Positions 56,296-64,000 of a stretch of 64,000 nt of DNA are shown one piece after another. The notes under the pieces were generated by a model. The model was given only the letters and a program-made list of their open reading frames with translations. It did no database searches and had not been told where the DNA came from. The stretch is from the human T2T-CHM13v2.0 reference genome, Homo sapiens. The stretch lies in NCBI RefSeq assembly GCF_009914755.1, contig NC_060946.1. One strand, written 5' to 3'. How positions within the stretch are numbered: the stretch's first letter is position 1; every line of letters starts with the position of its first letter. A program made the position numbers and the translations under genes.

Positions 56296-57570
56296 AAAAC
56301 TTCATGCCAATATTTTTGATGAACATTTATGCAAACATTCTTAACAAAATAGGGGCAAACCAAATCCAGCAGCGCATCAGAAAGCTTATCCACCACAATC
56401 AAGTAGGCTCCATCTGTGGGATGCAACTTTAATTCAACGTACACAAATCAATATGTGATTTATCACATAAACAGAACTAAAGACAAAAGCCACATGATTG
56501 TCTGAATAGATGCAGATAAATCTTTGCATCCATAAAATTCAACATCCATTCTTGTAAAAACTCTCAATAAACTAGGTATTGAAAAAAACATACTTCAATA
56601 TAATAAGAACCATGTATGACAAACCCACAGCCAATATCATACTGAAAGGGCAAAAGCTGAAAGCATTCCCTTTTAAAACGGGCACAAGACAAGGATGCCC
56701 TCTCTCATGAATCCTATTTCAGATAGTATTGGAAGTACTGGGCAGAGCAATCAGGTAAGAGAAAAAGGCATTCAAATTGAAAGAAAAGAAATTAAACAAC
56801 ACCTGATGTCAGACGACATGATTCTATATCTTGAAAACCCCTATTGTCTCAACCCCAAAGCTTCTTAAGCTGATAAATATCTTTAACAAAGTCCCAAGAT
56901 ACAAAATAAATGGGCAAAAATCACTAGCACTAAATCCTTATATACCAACAACAGTCAAGCCAAGAGCAAAATCGTGAATGAACACTCATTCACAGTTACC
57001 ACAAAAAGAATAAAATACCAAGGAATGTATCTAACAAGAGAAGTGAAAGGCCACTACAAGGAGAACTATAAACCACTTCTCAAAGAAATCAGACATGACA
57101 TAAACAAATAGAAAAACATTTCATGCTTATGGATAGAAAGAGTTAATATTGTTAAAGTAGACACACTCCACAAAGAAATTTATAGAGTTAATAGTATTTC
57201 CGTTAAACTACCAATGACATTTTTCACAAAACTAGAAAAGCTATTTTAAAATTTATATGGAACCAACAAAGGCCTGAATAGTCAAGACAACCCCAAACAA
57301 AAAGAACTAAGCTGGAGGCATCACACTACCCAACTTCAAACTGTGCTACAGGGCTACAGAAACCAAAACAGCATGGTACTGGTACAAGAACAGACACACA
57401 GACCAATGAAACAGAATAGAGGACCCAGAAATAAGACTGCACACCTACAACTAACTGATCTTCGACAAACCTGACAAAAACAAGCAATGAAAAAACGACT
57501 CTGTACTCAATAAATGGTGCTGGGATAACTGCCTAGCCATGTGCAAAAAATTGAAACTGAACCCCTTCCT

Positions 57571-57880
57571 CCATCATCCTCTGCAACTAACACAGGAACA
57601 GAAAACTAACCACCGCATATTCTCACTCATAAGTGGGAGTTGAACAATAAGAACACATGGACACTGGAAGGGAAACAACACAACTGGGGCTAGTCAGGGA
57701 ATGGGAGTCGAAGGGAGGGAGAGCATTAGGATAACTAGCTAATACATGTGGGACTTGAAGCCTGGATAACGGGCTGATAGGTGCAGTAAACCACCATGGC
57801 ACACATATACCAATGTAACAAACCTACACATTCTGCACTTGTACTTCAGAACCCAATTTAAATTTAAAAAATAAAGAAAG
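57571..57880 (+). mobile_element. Short L1PA7/8-like 3' end nested in the older L1
   Basis: A 3' UTR with A-tail interrupts host ORF2 'ccccttcct|taca'; ttcct is duplicated. Confidence 0.85.
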
Positions 57881-59203
57881 ATTCCTTACATCATATACAA
57901 CAATAAACTCAACATGGTTTAAATGTAAAACCCAAGACTATAAAAACTTTGGAAGACAACCTAGGCAATACCATTCAGGACATAGGCATGGGCAAATATT
58001 TTATGATGAAGGCGCAAAAGCAATTAGAACAAAGAGAACATTGACAAATGGGATCTAATTAAACTAAAGAGCTTTTGCACAGCAAAAGAAACTATCAACA
58101 GAGTAAACAGACAATGTATAGAATGGGAGAAAATTTTTGCAAACTGTGCATCTGACAATAATCTAATTTCTAGCATCCATAAGGAACATAAATTTACACG
58201 AGAAAAACAAACAACCTTATTAAAAATTGGCCAAAGGACACACAGAAACACTTCTTGAAAGAAGACATACATGCAGCCAATAAGCGTATGAAACAGAAGT
58301 TCAACATCAGTGACCGTTAGAGAAATGTAAATCCAAACCACAATGAGATATCATTTTATACCAGGTATAATGGTTACCATGAAAAAATCAAAAAATCACA
58401 GATGCTGACAAAGTTGTGGAGAAAAAGCAACATTTTTACCCTGTTGGTCGAGTTCAAACGTTGTGGAAGACAGTGTGGTGATTCTTCAAAGACCTAAAGA
58501 AAAGAATACCATTTGACCTAGCAATCTCATTACTGGGTATATACCCAAACAAATATAAGTCATTCTATTATAAAGATACCTGCACGCACAAGTTCATCAC
58601 AGCCCTATTCACAATAGCAAAGACATCAAATCAGCCTACATGTTCATCAATAATAGACTGGTTGAAGAAAACGTAGTTCATATACAACATGGAGTACTAT
58701 GCAGCCATAAAAAAGCACAAGATTATGTCCTTTGTAGGGACATGGATGGAGCTGGAGGCCATTATCCTTAAAAAACTAACAGAAACAGAAAACCAAATAC
58801 CACATTTTCTCACTTATAAGTGGAGGGTAGATGATGAGAACACACAGAAACATGGAGGGGAGCAACACGCACCAGGGCCTATCAGGAGGTAGGGGGTGAG
58901 AGGAGGGAGAGAATCAGAAAAAATAACTAATAGTTAGTAGACTTAATACCTGGGTGATAAAACAATCTGCACAACCAAACTTCGGGACGGTATGTTTCCA
59001 TATTTAAAGAACCTGCACATCCTGCCCATATACCCCTGAACTTAAAACAAAGTTCAAAAAAGAAAAACATTTTAGCAAAATGACAGACTATTTTTGACTA
59101 CCTTCGTGTACAGTTCAGAGTCAGACTGCCCAGCTCTAACATCCTTATTTATGAGAAAGAAAGCATTCTCTCTCTTATCTGCACTATTATATTGGGTTTT
59201 CTT

Positions 59204-59498
<295 letters not shown>

Positions 59499-60920
59499 TG
59501 GGTTTTCTTCTATATGTAGGAAAATGTAATCCTAACTAAAGTGCTAGCTTTGCCATGGAATCTCTGTGTAATTCTGGATGTTATGTCACTTTCCTAAGAC
59601 TTTTTTCTATCTGCGTAGTGGTGGAGGCAGTAGTGGGGAAGATTTAATTATACAAAGGGTCCATCAATCCATGTGTTAAGTGAGGATGTCACTACTTTCC
59701 AGACTCAGAGGACAGGGGACATATTGTTATGCTCCATGGGAAGCTGTTGGGGGGTGGAGGTGGGGCTCACTTGCACACATTGTCTGTGGGCCTTGAAAGA
59801 TCAAGTGTGTATGACCCTTCTTGAACAGAAGGTCCATGTGCCCAGTGCAGAACCCATCTATTTCTTCCCAAGTGAGGAAGATCTGGGAACACCCTGATCA
59901 CAGCCTTGCTACACCAATCCTAGTTGGTAGGGACGTTAGACCATATGCATGTTGAGCTGTGGCTTAAGCATTTTGACATCTCACATCTCATTGGATATCT
60001 GAAAAACTGAGGTCTGGAGAGAAGCAGGGACTGGCCCAGAGATGATGAAGTGGGCAGAGTCCAAGGGAAAAAAGAGCATTCTGACCTCCTAGGCCAGGGC
60101 TCAACACTCTCATGGGGTTTGTTTTGGGAATGAGTCCCTGAGATCCTGGGGATTTTTGCCAATTTTCTCGTCATATGAAGCAAACTCATGTCTGCATCAT
60201 TAGACTTCCACAGGTTTGTGCATACACACACAGACTTCTCAGGCTAAAGGTCATAAGAGGAGTTAACGCTGATGGAGTGATGAGAAGAAAAAAGATAGAG
60301 GATAGGGGCAGCTTTGTCATGGGGTAGAAGCACCCCATCTTCTGGTAACATGCCCAGGACCCATAACATGGGCAGGGGAAGGCAATAGGCTGATGGCTTG
60401 AGAGGCTCAAGGCTTCCATGGATCTGACTGGGCTGCAGCCAACACCAGGATAGCTTTCCAAGGACAAAACCTTACTTTCTCCATTCATTAATCTGCATAA
60501 TTAAAATGGTAAGGAATCCCCCTACACCCAATATGGAGAGGAATACAGTAGTGAAAACCTTCAATTTTTCCCTGTAAAAATTGACATAATTGAACTGTGT
60601 GACCCTTAAATTTGAAAGGCTTAAAGAAGTGAGTTGACCTTGCTGTCTATCAATTACCACTGTACTCTCAGAACTTTGGAAATTGCTCTGTGTCCTCCGA
60701 AGGTCTTTCAGAGCAGAAAGTGGCCTAGGGGTGTGCGGGACTGAGCACTCAGGCTGGTGTAGAATGTGACAGATCCTCAGACCACTGCTCTGGGATCCAA
60801 GGAGAAGACCTTCTCGGTCAGAGCTTTGGGGATCTTTTTTTTGGAGGGGGCGATCTTTTTTGAAAGTGGAGACAGAATCGTTTTCCAGGGCTCCCTCATT
60901 TGCCCTCCTGTTTCATAGTA

Positions 60921-60933
60921 TTTCTTTTTTCTG

Positions 60934-60986
<53 letters not shown>

Positions 60987-61301
60987 TTTCTTTCTTTCTT
61001 CTTTCTTTTTCTTTCTTTCTTCTTTCTTTCTTTCCTTCTTTTTCTTTCTCTTTCTTTCTTTCTCCTTCCTTTCTTTTCTTTCTTCCTTTCTTTCTTCTTT
61101 CTCTTTCTTTTGTTCTTCCTTCATTCCTTCCTTCCGTTTCTTTCTTTCTTCTTTCTTTCTTTCCTCTTCCTTCATTCCTTCCTTCCTTTTCTTTCTTTCT
61201 TTCTTTCTTTCTTTCTCTTTCTTTCTCCTTCCTTCCTCCCTCCCTTTCTTTTCTTTCTTTCCTTATTTTCTTTTTTCTTTCTTCTTTCTTTCTTTCTTTC
61301 T

Positions 61302-61337
<36 letters not shown>

Positions 61338-61338
61338 T
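60921..61338. repeat. Compound (CTTT)n/(CCTT)n polypyrimidine tract of ~420 bp (expanded Alu tail)
   Basis: Almost pure C/T on the plus strand, abutting an antisense Alu. Confidence 0.95.
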
Positions 61339-61660
61339 ATCAGAGTCTCTCTCTTCTCGCTCTTTCACGGGACTGGAGTGGAGTGGCATGATCTCGGCTC
61401 ACTGCAACCTCCACCTCCCGGGTTCAAGTGATTCACTGCAACCTCCACCTCCCAGGTTCAAGTGATTCTCCTGCCTCAGCCTCCTGAGTAGCTGGGACTA
61501 TAAGGGCGTGCCACCAAGCCTGGCTAATTTTTGTATTATTAGTAGAGACGGGGTTTCGCCATGTTGTCCAGGATGGTCTCGATCTCTTCACCTCGTGATC
61601 TGCTTGCATCAGCCTCTGAAAAAAACTGAGATTATAGGTGTGAGCCACCACACAAAGCCT
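61339..61660 (-). mobile_element. AluS with a 34-bp internal tandem duplication
   Basis: tcactgcaacctccacctccc(g/a)ggttcaagtgat at 61399-61432 and 61433-61466. Confidence 0.9.
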
Positions 61661-61679
61661 ACAGTTTATTTTTCTTTGC

Positions 61680-62420
<741 letters not shown>

Positions 62421-62711
62421 GGCCAGGGACGATGGCTCACACCTATAAACTCAGTATTTTGGGAGGCTGAGGCTGGTGGATCACCTGAGGTCAGGAGTTC
62501 TAGACCAGCCTGGCTGACATGGTGAAACACTGTGTCTACTAAAAATACAAAAATTAGCCGGGCGTGGTTCCTGAAAGCCCAATTGCTCAGGAGGCTGAGG
62601 CCAGGGAATCTCTTGAACCCAGGAGGTGGAGGTTACAGTGAGCTGAGATCGTGCCACTGCACTCCAGCATGGCTGACAGAGCAAGACTGTCTCAAAAAAA
62701 AAGAAAGAAAA
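62421..62711 (+). mobile_element. AluSx-like
   Basis: gatcacctgaggtcaggagttc; A-rich tail. Confidence 0.92.
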
Positions 62712-62950
62712 TGAGAGGAAATATGTGCAAACTACACAGCTGACAAGCGATTGATAAGCAGAATACAGAATAAACAAAAAACTAAATAAAAAATTAGTTT
62801 AACTTTAAAATGGGCAATAATCTTCAGAAACATTTCTGGAAAATATAAGGGGCATAAACATAGAACCTAAAAGTTAGAGAAGAATTATGAAAAAACTGAA
62901 GGATATAGAAAAAATAATTTCAGACTATTCACATTAAAATTTAATTAGAG

Positions 62951-64000
62951 AGGGGGTGGAGCCAAGATGGGCGAATAGGAAAAGCCTTAGTCTAGAACTC
63001 CCAGCATCGGCAATGCAGAACACAGGTCATTTCTGCATTTCCAACTGAGGTACCGGGCTCATCTCACTGGGGAGTGTCAGAAAGTGGGTGCAGGACAGTG
63101 GGTGCAGCGCACCCCATGTGAGCCAAAGCATGGTGAGGCATCGCCTCACCCAGGAAGTGCAAGGGGTCAGGGAATACCCTTTCCTAGTCAAAGAAAGGGG
63201 TGACAGATTGCACCTGGAAAATCGGGTGACTCCCACCCTAACACTGTACTGTTCCAAAGGTCTTAGCAAACGGCATACCAGGAGATTATATCCTGCACCT
63301 GGCTCAGAGGGTCCTACGCCCACAGAGCCACAATCATTGCTAGCACAGCAGTCTGAGATCAAACTGCAAGGCAACAACAAGCCTGGGGGAGGGGCGCCCA
63401 CCATTGCCGTGGCTTGAGTAGGTAAACAAAGCAGCCAGGAAGCTCCAACTGGGTGGAGCCAACTGCATCTCAAGGAGGCCTGCCTGACTCTGTAGACTCC
63501 ACCTCTGGGGGCAGGGAATAGCCAAACAAATGGCAGCAGAATCCTCTGCAGACTTAAATGTCCCTGTCTGACAGCTTTGAAGAGAGTAGTGGTTATCCCA
63601 GCATGCAGCTGGAGATCTGAGAACAGACAGACTGCCTCCTCAAGTGGGTCCCTGACCCCCGAGTAGCCTATCTGGGAAGCATCCCCAGTAGGGGCAGACT
63701 GACACCTCACACGGCCGGGTACTCCTCTGAGACAAAATTTCCAGAGGAACAATCAGGCAGCAATATTTGCTTTTCACCAATATCCGCTGTTCTGCAGCCT
63801 CCACTGCTGATACCCAGGCAAACAGGGTCTGGAGTGGACCTCCAGCAAACTCCAACAGACCTGCAGCTGAGGGTTCTGACTGTTAGAAGGAAAACTAACA
63901 AACAGAAAGTACATCCACAACAAAATCCCATCTGTACATCACAATCATCAAAGACCAAAGGAGAGAAAACTACAAAGATGGGGAAAAAACAGAGCAGAAA
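62951..64000 (+). mobile_element. L1PA (about L1PA4/5) complete 5' UTR and ORF1 start (ATG at 63978); continues beyond the window
   Basis: gggggtggagccaagatgg YY1-site terminus; ATG GGG AAA AAA CAG AGC AGA (MGKKQSR). Confidence 0.95.
63027..63404 (-). CDS. L1 antisense ORF0 homolog, open (125 aa from ATG 63404; frame open upstream to 63752)
   Basis: MVGAPPPGLLLPCSLISDCCASN...VGVGPSEPG...RVGVTRFSRC matches the ORF0 pattern; Kozak context GCAATGG. Expression unknown. Confidence 0.6.
   Translation of the reverse strand: MVGAPPPGLLLPCSLISDCCASNDCGSVGVGPSEPGAGYNLLVCRLLRPLEQYSVRVGVTRFSRCNLSPLSLTRKGYSLTPCTSWVRRCLTMLWLTWGALHPLSCTHFLTLPSEMSPVPQLEMQK

Larger units (their letters stand above)
51138..59070 (+). 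mobile_element. Full-length older L1PA (about L1PA11-13), host of two younger L1 insertions
   Basis: 5' UTR from gactagaagtagctatgg; ORF1 remnant 53219-53569; EN remnant 54255-54551; ORF2 end 58689-58892; 3' end cccctgaacttaaaacaaag. Confidence 0.9.

Noticed and set aside
59920-60231. Faint resemblance of short peptides (e.g. SSLGQSLLL) to a Y-linked PRY-like protein, or of nearby words to CYP4F pseudogene exons
   Set aside because: Only a few residues, compared from memory; not supportable without an alignment, so no gene symbol is assigned.
60777-61465. 130-200 aa Lys/Glu/Arg-rich or Phe/Leu/Ser-rich ORFs
   Set aside because: Translations of the (CTTT)n simple repeat.

Overview
Hominoid (human-like) genomic DNA. 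A full-length SVA, AluY and L1PA elements fix the lineage. The window is AT-rich and mostly transposable elements; I find no intact cellular protein-coding gene, rRNA, tRNA or CRISPR array. It holds several nested or internally deleted L1s, about 12 Alus, one full-length SVA with target-site duplications (TSDs), a solo LTR12, a decayed HERV15-type provirus whose 5' end is replaced by an LTR2/HERV-E-type 3' LTR plus env tail, a heavily deleted HERVL18/LTR18-type remnant with a dUTPase-like ORF, and a terminal L1PA 5' UTR with an open, extended antisense ORF0. The most interesting non-TE signal is an old duplication (about 0.3-2.0 kb vs about 12.1-13.0 kb) that can be dated by the TEs inside it and retains a conserved octamer+Sox-like motif. 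Several unique islands carry exon-like segments. High L1/ERV density and unusually diverged young repeats suggest a Y-linked or otherwise low-recombination region, but this is inference only. Subfamily names come from recalled consensus motifs, not from a RepeatMasker run; most boundaries are approximate.
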